49,200 bases of DNA, taken from Patescibacteria group bacterium. GTDB lineage: Bacteria; Patescibacteriota; Minisyncoccia; Phycocordibacterales; UBA9973. The notes under the pieces are model-generated. The model made no database searches, was not told the DNA's origin, and worked only from the letters and a program-made list of their open reading frames with translations. The stretch lies in NCBI GenBank assembly GCA_040388095.1, contig JAZKCM010000001.1:74620-123819 (forward strand). The letters run 5' to 3'. Shown here piece by piece: positions 1-7,333 of this stretch (positions are counted from its first letter, which is position 1; each line of letters opens with the position of its first letter). The translations under genes and the position numbers were made by a program.

Positions 1-717
1 CAATTTCTCTGCCAACATCTCTATCAATTTATTCGCATCGCCTTCTATCAAGTATGGAACTTCTGTTGTGATTGCTTTCGGATTCTCTTTTGCTAAATTT
101 TCTTTTTCAATTTCTATCAATTCTTTTAACTCTTGTTTTGATATCGGTAAAAGTTTTCTGATATTTGGTTTCTGCGTAAGCGCAGAAATGAAATCGGTGT
201 ATACGATGAAGACTTCTTTATAAGTTCCCTTTTTATATTCATTTAAAATAAGTGCTGAAATAGGATTCACGTTTTGTATTGAAATATTTACTGGCAAGTC
301 GGTAAAAGATGCAATGATATTCTGGCTGATTTTTCGCATCGCATTATCGCCTTTCTTACCGATTGCAATGAAGTCGATTTCTTTTGATGTATCTTGTTTC
401 AAAAGTTGTAATGCTTTCTTTATAGCTTGTGCGTTGTAACCTCCACAAAGTGAGCCATTTGAAGTTACGAGCACTATCAGTGCTCGCCCTGAGCTTGTCG
501 AAGGGTGTCCATCAAAAAATACATGCTTTACTTCATCTAATTTACCTGAAAGAGAAGTCAAAAGATCCCAAGAATATCCTGCATAAGAACGAGAAGCCAA
601 AGTCGTCGCCACCGCACGGCGCATCTTCGAAGCAGCCACGAGCTCCATCGCTTTCGTGATCTTTTTCGTATTCTTGATACTCTTTATTCGGTTTTTGATT
701 TCTTTTGTTGATGCCAT
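1..717 (-). CDS. atpG: F-type ATP synthase gamma subunit, first 239 codons (C-terminus beyond the window edge)
   Basis: Frame is open from ATG at 717 to the window edge. Translation MASTKEIKNRIKSIKNTKKITKAMELVAASKMRRA...LIVLVTSNGSLCGGYN...VPYLIEGDANKLIEMLAEKL fits the gamma subunit. Lies in the atp operon. Confidence 0.85.
   Translation of the reverse strand, partial: MASTKEIKNRIKSIKNTKKITKAMELVAASKMRRAVATTLASRSYAGYSWDLLTSLSGKLDEVKHVFFDGHPSTSSGRALIVLVTSNGSLCGGYNAQAIKKALQLLKQDTSKEIDFIAIGKKGDNAMRKISQNIIASFTDLPVNISIQNVNPISALILNEYKKGTYKEVFIVYTDFISALTQKPNIRKLLPISKQELKELIEIEKENLAKENPKAITTEVPYLIEGDANKLIEMLAEKL
486..506 (-). repeat. GC-rich 21-mer gccctgagcttgtcgaagggt, copy 1, in frame inside atpG (peptide PSTSSG)
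   Basis: Exact 21-nt identity with 10832..10852. Weaker similarity extends to about 40 nt. A 7-bp hairpin (469..485) is adjacent. Confidence 0.8.
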
Positions 718-718
718 A

Positions 719-1024
719 TTATTTTTTTGGTTTTATTGCTCCAAAAACAATATAATAAAAAGCTCTTCTTATTAATTCAAAAATAACAAGAACAGAAACA
801 TAACTAAAAACTACACCTATAAAATCAGGACTGTATGCATAACGATCGTAGAAACCAAACATTTGATATATATCATTTTCAACCCAATGAAAAGGAAGAT
901 TAACTAAATATAGTGTTAAATGTATTAAAACAACAAGAAAACTTAAACCATAAAAAAATTTTAAGGCTCTGTACCAGACTTTATTATTTAATTCACTAAT
1001 TGTTTTTTTGTTTTCTGTTTCCAT
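719..1024 (-). CDS. Hypothetical small membrane protein (about 2 TM), inserted in the atp operon
   Basis: 101-aa ORF with hydrophobic segments FFYGLSFLVVLIHLTLYLV and FIGVVFSYVSVLVIFELI. Its stop is 1 nt from the atpG start. AT-rich, no recognisable family. Confidence 0.55.
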   Translation of the reverse strand: METENKKTISELNNKVWYRALKFFYGLSFLVVLIHLTLYLVNLPFHWVENDIYQMFGFYDRYAYSPDFIGVVFSYVSVLVIFELIRRAFYYIVFGAIKPKK

Positions 1025-1034
1025 AAAATTTTAA

Positions 1035-1352
1035 TTATTTATCCAAACAAATAGTTTTATAAAAATCCCAAATTAATGTTAATGCTGCAATTCCAACACC
1101 GGCCCATGTAGCTATCGTAATAGCTTTTGCTAGTTTATCAGAAGATTCATTAGCTTTTTTTGCAGTAGCTTCAAATTTACTAATTGCGTCTTTAATCCAA
1201 CTACCAGCGGCACTTATAGTACTTCTGGTGTTCACTAAAGCAAGTGATACATTTAATAATGATTTCGAAATAACTTCTTGCTGAGGATTTCGTTCAGCAA
1301 GTTTCTTTAACTCTGCGTGTTCATTTAATTCTGGAAACATTTGATTATTCAT
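1035..1352 (-). CDS. Hypothetical protein with a C-terminal TM anchor, inserted in the atp operon
   Basis: 105-aa ORF with a helical N-terminal part and the anchor AITIATWAGVGIAALTLIWDF. Starts 6 nt after the atpA stop. Confidence 0.55.
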   Translation of the reverse strand: MNNQMFPELNEHAELKKLAERNPQQEVISKSLLNVSLALVNTRSTISAAGSWIKDAISKFEATAKKANESSDKLAKAITIATWAGVGIAALTLIWDFYKTICLDK

Positions 1353-1358
1353 ATATTT

Positions 1359-2861
1359 TTAACTCAAAAATCCTGCTTTGTAGTCCCCAATTGCTTGTTT
1401 AAGTTCTGCTTCACCTGCATCAGTCCACATTTTTGCTTCACGGATTTCTTTAAGGAAAATCTTGGCATTATTTTCCGCATACGCGATGAGTCCTGCTTCA
1501 AATTCTTTTATCTTTTCTACTGGCACATCATCGAGCAAGCCTTTGACCAAAGCATACAAAGTGATGATCTGATGTTCGACAACGATCGGAGAATACTGTG
1601 GCTGTTTGAGCATTTCCACTGCCCTCTTTCCTCTTTCAAGCTGGCGCTTGGTAGCATCATCGAGGTCAGAACCGAATTGTGAAAAGGCTTCGAGTTCACG
1701 GAATTGTGCGAGGTCGAGTTTCAAAGTACCAGCGACTTTCTTCATACCTTTGATCTGCGCAGATCCTCCTACGCGAGACACAGAGAAGCCGACGTTGACC
1801 GCTGGGCGCACGCCTTTGTAGAAGAGATCAGTCTCAAGGAAAATCTGTCCATCAGTGATGGAGATGACGTTCGTCGGAATGTATGCAGAAATATCTCCCG
1901 CTTGTGTTTCAATGATAGGAAGAGCTGTGATAGATCCGCCTCCGTAATCTTTATTTTTTCTACAAGCGCGTTCGAGTAAACGTGAGTGCAAATAGAAAAC
2001 ATCTCCAGGATACGCTTCACGACCCGGTGGACGGCGAAGAAGGAGCGAGATTTCTCGATATGCAACAGCGTGCTTTGAAAGATCATCATAAATAATCAAA
2101 ACATCTTTTCCTGCATCCATGAAATGTTCAGCAATAGCGACGCCAGTATACGGAGCGATGTATGACATAGCAGCAGGTTCTGATGAACCAGCTGAGACGA
2201 TGATCGTGTAATCCATCGCGCCACCTTCAGCGAGGCGAGTCTCTATTTTACGAAGCTTAGAATCTTTTTGACCGATTGAAACATAAACACAGATCATATT
2301 CTGACCTTTTTGGTTAAGTATTGCGTCGATAGCGATAGCAGTCTTGCCTGTCTGGCGGTCGCCAATAATGAGCTCGCGCTGTCCACGGCCGATAGGAATA
2401 AGCGCATCGATAGCTTTGATACCTGTCTGCACTGGCTGGTCGACTGATTGACGACTCATAACACCGGAAGCAACACGCTCGACTGGGTTTGTTTTGTCTG
2501 TCTTAATAGCGCCCTTGCCGTCGATTGCTTGACCAAGAGCATTGAGTACACGACCAATCTGAAGATCTGACACAGGCACTTCGAGAATTTTGCCAGTAGC
2601 TTTGACTTCGTCCCCTTCACGGATCTTTGAGAAGTCACCGAGAATGATGACACCGACAGAATCGTCTTCGAGGTTGAGTGCAACACCTTCCACGCCGTTT
2701 GCGAAAGTCACCATTTCACTTGCTTTGATATCTGAAAGACCAGAGACTTTCGCAATACCATCGAAGACTTCTACGACATGACCGACTTTCTCAGCCTTCA
2801 TCTCGATCTTGAAATTCTCTATTTCTTTTCTTAAGTTTTCTACAATGTTATTTTTTGTCAT
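1359..2861 (-). CDS. atpA: F-type ATP synthase alpha subunit
   Basis: 500 aa. Walker A GDRQTGKT, plus [32 protein letters not shown] and FNSGIRPAINVG-like motifs. Confidence 0.97.
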   Translation of the reverse strand: MTKNNIVENLRKEIENFKIEMKAEKVGHVVEVFDGIAKVSGLSDIKASEMVTFANGVEGVALNLEDDSVGVIILGDFSKIREGDEVKATGKILEVPVSDLQIGRVLNALGQAIDGKGAIKTDKTNPVERVASGVMSRQSVDQPVQTGIKAIDALIPIGRGQRELIIGDRQTGKTAIAIDAILNQKGQNMICVYVSIGQKDSKLRKIETRLAEGGAMDYTIIVSAGSSEPAAMSYIAPYTGVAIAEHFMDAGKDVLIIYDDLSKHAVAYREISLLLRRPPGREAYPGDVFYLHSRLLERACRKNKDYGGGSITALPIIETQAGDISAYIPTNVISITDGQIFLETDLFYKGVRPAVNVGFSVSRVGGSAQIKGMKKVAGTLKLDLAQFRELEAFSQFGSDLDDATKRQLERGKRAVEMLKQPQYSPIVVEHQIITLYALVKGLLDDVPVEKIKEFEAGLIAYAENNAKIFLKEIREAKMWTDAGEAELKQAIGDYKAGFLS

Positions 2862-2862
2862 A

Positions 2863-3270
2863 TTAATTATTGATTAAATGTGTTGCTAATTGGTCGAGCT
2901 TGTTCCTGTATGTCGTATCGAGCACTTCTTCGCCTATCGTTATCTTCATTCCTCCAAGTAATTCTTTTTCTTCTATATACTCACTCACTATTTCTTTTGC
3001 TCCATATTTATTTTTGATGTCTTCTTCTAGTTCTTTCTGTTCATGACTTTCGATTTTTTTTGCAGATTGTACTTTCATTCTCACAACACCATCCTCTTTA
3101 TCAATAATCTTTCCAATGGCTTCGAGTATCTCATCTGATCTGCTAAGCAATTTCTTTTTATTTAAAAAGGAAAGTGTGTCTTTGTAAGCCATTTCCAAAT
3201 CTGCACCAGACTTACCTTTCGTATGGTCTGCTATTGCTTGTGCTATGTTGTTAATGGAAATTTTACTCAT
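2863..3270 (-). CDS. atpH: F-type ATP synthase delta (OSCP) subunit, short form
   Basis: 135 aa, located between atpF and atpA. The C-terminus [25 protein letters not shown] matches the delta-subunit signature (GG..i..gd...D.S....L..l). Confidence 0.7.
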   Translation of the reverse strand: MSKISINNIAQAIADHTKGKSGADLEMAYKDTLSFLNKKKLLSRSDEILEAIGKIIDKEDGVVRMKVQSAKKIESHEQKELEEDIKNKYGAKEIVSEYIEEKELLGGMKITIGEEVLDTTYRNKLDQLATHLINN

Positions 3271-3282
3271 AATTTAATTATA

Positions 3283-3732
3283 TTATTTGTTTTTCTCAAC
3301 AAGAATCTTTTCTGTTGCTGAAATAACAAGTCCAGCGACTTCATTCTTTACTTCGTTTAACATTTTTTCTCTTTCTGAATCAAGTGTCTTTTTACCTTGT
3401 GCAAGCATACTTGCGACTTCTTTCTGCGCACTCTCGAGCATTTCAGTTTTTTTCTTTTCTACTTCTTTCTTTGCTTTATCAAAAATCTCATTTGCTTCAG
3501 TACGAGCTTTGCGCATTGCTGCTTCTGATTCTTTTGCAGTATTCTCAAGCATCTCAGCATTTGTCTTTGCATCAGCGAGACCTTTTTTTATTTCTTCATC
3601 ACGCTCGCCGATCAATTTGCGAAGAGGTTTTGCAGCAATGAAATACAAGCACACAAAAACGAGTGCAAAGTTGAAAAGCTGAGCGATCATCAGCTTGAAA
3701 TCTATATGAAATGTTGATATTAATGAATCCAT
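3283..3732 (-). CDS. atpF: F-type ATP synthase subunit b
   Basis: 149 aa with an N-terminal TM (LMIAQLFNFALVFVCLYFIAAKPL) followed by a long charged helix. Operon position fits. Confidence 0.8.
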   Translation of the reverse strand: MDSLISTFHIDFKLMIAQLFNFALVFVCLYFIAAKPLRKLIGERDEEIKKGLADAKTNAEMLENTAKESEAAMRKARTEANEIFDKAKKEVEKKKTEMLESAQKEVASMLAQGKKTLDSEREKMLNEVKNEVAGLVISATEKILVEKNK

Positions 3733-3771
3733 AATTTTTTTATATTTAAATTTCTAATACTATCCAAAGCA

Positions 3772-3795
3772 CAATGTTCAAGAATTTGAACATTG
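3772..3795 (-). promoter_or_regulatory. Perfect 10-bp hairpin in the atpE-atpF spacer (possible mRNA stabiliser or attenuator)
   Basis: caatgttcaa-gaat-ttgaacattg, followed by the palindrome gaggcctc. Confidence 0.4.
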
Positions 3796-3807
3796 AGGCC
3801 TCAAATA

Positions 3808-4164
<357 letters not shown>

Positions 4165-4173
4165 TTAATAATT

Positions 4174-5037
4174 TTATACATGCACCACTTCTTTGCCATG
4201 ATGTTCGTGTTCTTCATGCTCATCATGATCCTGAGCAGCTATCGTAAAGTACACAGCTGCAAGAAGACTAAAGATGAGTGCTTGTATCAAACCAACGAAC
4301 ACTTCTAGGAATAGAAATGGTGCTGGTACAAGATACGCAAAGATCGCTGACATAGAGGCCAAAAGCACTTCTCCTGCAAACACGTTTCCGAAAAGACGGA
4401 AAGAAAGTGAAGCGACTTTTGCCATTTCTCCGATGAGCTCGAGCACACCCACGAAAAATGTAATAGGAGCAACGATGAGCACGCTTGGATCTTTACGTAT
4501 CTTTGTAAATACAGAACCAAGCGCTTTTAGATTAACATATTTATTGAAAGTTTTCCATGCGCCGATACTGATAATACCGAAGAAATTTGAAGCAATGACA
4601 ACCATCAAAGAGAATGCGAGTGTCGTATTGATGTCTGCTGTGCCTGAACGAAAAAGTGGGACGAATACTGATTCCCCTGCTTCGTGCGCTGTAAAACCAA
4701 GTGAACCCAAGCCAGGCACAAGCCCGAGCCAGTTGGATACAAGAATAAAAAGAAAAAGTGAAAAAACTAATGGGAAAATCTTGATTGAAATCTTTCTATC
4801 ATTGGTGACTTGGTCACAAAGCGAAAGCGCACCCTCCATCATAATCTCAAAAAAATGCTGAAGCTTGCCTGGAATCTTTTTCATTTTTGCCCTGATAGTG
4901 AGTGCTAGTGCAAAAATAATGATGAGTGCGAGCCATGAAGTGATGAGTGAATTTGTAATTTGAAAATTACCTACAGAAAAAATAGGCTCTGCGTATATCG
5001 TAACTTCGTGATTTATTTTTTCTGTCGTGTGTTCCAT
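4174..5037 (-). CDS. atpB: F-type ATP synthase subunit a
   Basis: 287 aa, polytopic. LSFRLFGNVFAGEVLL matches the conserved Arg motif of subunit a. Confidence 0.9.
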   Translation of the reverse strand: MEHTTEKINHEVTIYAEPIFSVGNFQITNSLITSWLALIIIFALALTIRAKMKKIPGKLQHFFEIMMEGALSLCDQVTNDRKISIKIFPLVFSLFLFILVSNWLGLVPGLGSLGFTAHEAGESVFVPLFRSGTADINTTLAFSLMVVIASNFFGIISIGAWKTFNKYVNLKALGSVFTKIRKDPSVLIVAPITFFVGVLELIGEMAKVASLSFRLFGNVFAGEVLLASMSAIFAYLVPAPFLFLEVFVGLIQALIFSLLAAVYFTIAAQDHDEHEEHEHHGKEVVHV

Positions 5038-5045
5038 ATGTAAAA

Positions 5046-5270
5046 TTATTCTTGATGTATGTCTTTCTTATATCTTTTTATTTCTGAATAAATTCCGAAG
5101 CATGTTACAAAAAAACCAAATCCGAAAAGAAGATAAAAAATAATATTGTTTAAAACAAAAAACTTTTTAATTAAAAAAATGATAATAAGCGGAGCTACTA
5201 TCCAACCAGTTGTCTTTCCGAAAAATAGCAAAGCCGGTTGCCACCATGTTTTATCTTTATTATCTTCCAT
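5046..5270 (-). CDS. Small membrane protein, AtpZ/AtpI-like, first ORF of the atp operon
   Basis: 74 aa with 2 TM, immediately upstream of atpB. Family assignment rests on position and topology only. Confidence 0.5.
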   Translation of the reverse strand: MEDNKDKTWWQPALLFFGKTTGWIVAPLIIIFLIKKFFVLNNIIFYLLFGFGFFVTCFGIYSEIKRYKKDIHQE

Positions 5271-5271
5271 G

Positions 5272-5343
5272 TGAGCGTGGATGGAATCGGACCATCGACC
5301 TCTGTCTTATCAGGACAGCGTTCTACCACTGAACTACACGCTC
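5272..5343 (-). tRNA. tRNA-Ile (anticodon GAU), CCA not encoded
   Basis: Minus-strand cloverleaf GAGCGTG-TA-GTTC-AGTGGTA-GAAC-G-CTGTC-CTGATAA-GACAG-AGGTC-GATGG-TCCGATT-CCATC-CACGCTC-A. All stems are Watson-Crick. The T-loop reads TCC instead of TTC. Confidence 0.9.
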
Positions 5344-5357
5344 AAATTAACCCATAA

Positions 5358-5386
5358 AATATAACAAAAAAAGTCTCTTAACGCAA
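5358..5386 (-). promoter_or_regulatory. Putative promoter for tRNA-Ile and the atp operon (TTGCGT-17-TGt-TATATT)
   Basis: -35 is acgcaa at 5381..5386 and -10 is aatata at 5358..5363 (plus-strand coordinates). 17-nt spacer with a TGn extension. Confidence 0.4.
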
Positions 5387-5389
5387 ATT

Positions 5390-5412
5390 AAAAACACCCT
5401 ATTGCTAGGATG
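5390..5412 (-). terminator. Intrinsic terminator after the RRM-protein gene
   Basis: Minus strand CATCCTA-gcaa-TAGGGTG (7 bp, one G-U that forms only on the minus strand) followed by TTTTT. Confidence 0.55.
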
Positions 5413-5437
5413 TTTTTAATTGAGAACTAATTTAGAA

Positions 5438-5773
5438 TTAGTATTCTCGGCGACCACCGCGATCTCCACCGCCGTAACCACCATTGCCTCCACCGAAAGA
5501 TCCACCAGTTCTAGCTGGGCGAGCTTCCATAGGACGAGCTTCGTTCACAGTAAGATTACGTCCTCCGAAATCTTTACCGTTGAACATCTCGATAGCTGCT
5601 TGTGCTTCTGCGTCTGATGACATTTCAACGAAACCGAAACCTTTTGAGCGACCAGACATCTTGTCCATGATAATGCTTGCTGATGATACAGATCCTGCGC
5701 CACTGAAGTGTGCAGAAAGTTCATCGTTAGTAGTACTGTAAGGTAAACCACCAACATATAGCTTTGTTGCCAT
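5438..5773 (-). CDS. RRM-type RNA-binding protein with a Gly/Arg-rich tail
   Basis: RNP-2 LYVGGL and RNP-1 KGFGFVEM motifs. C-terminal GGSFGGGNGGYGGGDRGGRR. Preceded by a GGGAG Shine-Dalgarno sequence. Confidence 0.9.
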   Translation of the reverse strand: MATKLYVGGLPYSTTNDELSAHFSGAGSVSSASIIMDKMSGRSKGFGFVEMSSDAEAQAAIEMFNGKDFGGRNLTVNEARPMEARPARTGGSFGGGNGGYGGGDRGGRREY

Positions 5774-5912
5774 ATTATTTTTCTCCCGTTTTTAAAAAAT
5801 CGGGCAAAAACTATTTATAATACGTAGATACCCTGACCGCTCGTTTTTTCGTTGATGCAAACAAATCGAAGCTCACAATTTACACAAAAAAGCTTTGAGA
5901 AACTACTAGAAA

Positions 5913-5941
5913 AATATAGCATATAAATGAGAAAAAAGCAA
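5913..5941 (-). promoter_or_regulatory. Putative promoter of the RRM gene (TTGCTT-17-TATATT), implying a 5' UTR of about 130 nt
   Basis: Hexamers read on the minus strand at 5936..5941 and 5913..5918. Confidence 0.3.
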
Positions 5942-5963
5942 TATACTGGGGAAAACTTCAATA

Positions 5964-6935
5964 TTATTCGTCGTCTTCATCCCCTGTCTCGCCAGATTCA
6001 AGCGAACTAATGATTGGACCTATGTCTCCTTCCATTATTTTTGGCAAATTATGCCAAGATTTCTTGATGCGATGGTCCGTAATACGGTCCTGAGGGAAGT
6101 TGTATGTGCGGATCTTTTCAGATCTGTCACCTGTACCGATCTGCGCTTTGCGCTCACCAGAATATTTCTTCGCCTCTTCTTCTTCTTTGAGCTGTTGTAA
6201 TTTTGCAGAAAGAATTGAAAGTGCTTTTTCTCGATTTTTTAATTGAGAACGCTCTGAAGTACAACGAACATCGAGACCTGTCGGTATATGAATAAGACGG
6301 ACGGCTGTCTCAACTTTGTTCACATTCTGCCCTCCTTTTCCACCAGAACGAGAATATTCCATCTCCAAGTCAGCAGGATTTATTTCAAATTTTACTTTTT
6401 TGCGTATCGGCAATATAGCTATCGATGCAGTCGATGTATGCACGCGACCATTCTTTTCTGTCGCAGGAATTCTCTGGACACGATGCGCACCCATTTCATA
6501 TTGTAATTTTTTATAGACATCCTTGCCGAGAATTTCAAAACTTGCTTCTTTGTATCCATCAAGATCACTTTTTGATTCGTAATTCACTTTCCAAGTCCAG
6601 CCTTGCATTTCAGCAAATCTCTCATACATATGAGCGAGTTGCCATGCAAAAAGTGATGCTTCATCTCCTCCTGCTCCAGCACGGACTTCGAGCACGACTT
6701 CATTTGGAAATTCTTCTTCCTCTTTGTCTTTATCTAAAATATCTTGAATCTGCTTTTCTGTTACTTCTCTTTGTTCCTGAATTGATTTGAGTTCAGTCTG
6801 TGCCATTTCATGAAGCGAATCATCACTGTCGAGCATTTCTCTTACTTCAGATTCTTCTCTATTTAAACGCTCTAAAACACTAGCGAGATAGCTAGTATTG
6901 TGATTCTTTTTTAATTCTTCAAGATTTATTTCCAT
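5964..6935 (-). CDS. prfA: Peptide chain release factor 1
   Basis: GGQ motif (SGGKGGQNVNKVETAVRLIHIPTG) and the RF1-type PAT tripeptide (QRIPATEKNGRVHTS). Start set at MEINLEELKK; the longer ORF start lies inside the upstream RNA helix. Confidence 0.92.
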   Translation of the reverse strand: MEINLEELKKNHNTSYLASVLERLNREESEVREMLDSDDSLHEMAQTELKSIQEQREVTEKQIQDILDKDKEEEEFPNEVVLEVRAGAGGDEASLFAWQLAHMYERFAEMQGWTWKVNYESKSDLDGYKEASFEILGKDVYKKLQYEMGAHRVQRIPATEKNGRVHTSTASIAILPIRKKVKFEINPADLEMEYSRSGGKGGQNVNKVETAVRLIHIPTGLDVRCTSERSQLKNREKALSILSAKLQQLKEEEEAKKYSGERKAQIGTGDRSEKIRTYNFPQDRITDHRIKKSWHNLPKIMEGDIGPIISSLESGETGDEDDE

Positions 6936-6941
6936 TGGTAT

Positions 6942-6950
6942 ATTATAACA
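6942..6950 (-). promoter_or_regulatory. Extended -10 (TGT-TATAAT) 6 nt upstream of the prfA ATG
   Basis: Minus strand reads TGTTATAAT-atacca-ATG. Confidence 0.45.
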
Positions 6951-7061
6951 AAAAAACTCCATGTATGTTTTTTAGGGACTTTCTAGCACGACTGGTGCTA
7001 GAACTTGAGAAATTTTCTAACAAGAAAATTTCGTGCCCTAAAAGGCATACACGGAGTTTTT
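6950..7061 (-). terminator. Branched about 110-nt RNA structure with A-tract and U7 tract: complex intrinsic terminator or 3'-UTR RNA element downstream of rpmE
   Basis: P1 6952-6967/7046-7061 (16 bp, the single G-U forms only on the minus strand). P2 6971-6977/7036-7042. Hairpin A 6983-7001. Hairpin B 7009-7032. The U-run is the complement of 6950-6956. Confidence 0.5.
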
Positions 7062-7065
7062 GTAT

Positions 7066-7296
7066 TTATTTCTTAGCTTTCGCTTTAACAGCAGAAGAAG
7101 CAGTTGCGCGCTTTTTGAAGCGATCAACACGTCCAGCAGTGTCGAGGACTTTATCATTTCCAGTATAGAAAGGATGACAATTACTGCAGATTTCAACGTT
7201 TATTTCAGACATTGTAGAGCCAACTTCAAAAACAGCTCCGCAGGCGCAAGTAGCTTTGGCTTTGATATCGTACTTTGGATGTATATCTTTTTTCAT
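7066..7296 (-). CDS. rpmE: 50S ribosomal protein L31 (Zn-ribbon type A)
   Basis: MKKDIHPKY...CACGAVFEVGST...CSNCHPFYTG. Start set at the internal ATG at 7296. Confidence 0.93.
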   Translation of the reverse strand: MKKDIHPKYDIKAKATCACGAVFEVGSTMSEINVEICSNCHPFYTGNDKVLDTAGRVDRFKKRATASSAVKAKAKK

Positions 7297-7303
7297 ATGT
7301 TCT

Positions 7304-7312
7304 AATTTAGCA
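7304..7312 (-). promoter_or_regulatory. Extended -10-like element (TGC-TAAATT) 7 nt upstream of the rpmE ATG
   Basis: Minus strand reads TGCTAAATT-agaacat-ATG. Confidence 0.35.
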
Positions 7313-7333
7313 CAAAAGTAGTATTTATGCAAA

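Noticed and set aside
4274-4861. 195-aa plus-strand ORF antisense to atpB. Similar long antisense ORFs occur at 3287-3682, 17056-17460, 29473-30018 and 47540-47980.
   Set aside because: Each lies entirely inside a confidently identified conserved gene on the other strand. Each has a low-complexity Ser/Pro/Thr-rich translation with no recognisable motifs. These are typical shadow ORFs.
6935-7168. 77-aa plus-strand ORF spanning the rpmE-prfA spacer.
   Set aside because: It runs antisense through rpmE and across the branched RNA structure, and its translation has no recognisable features. The base-pairing pattern (a G-U that forms only on the minus strand) explains the region better.
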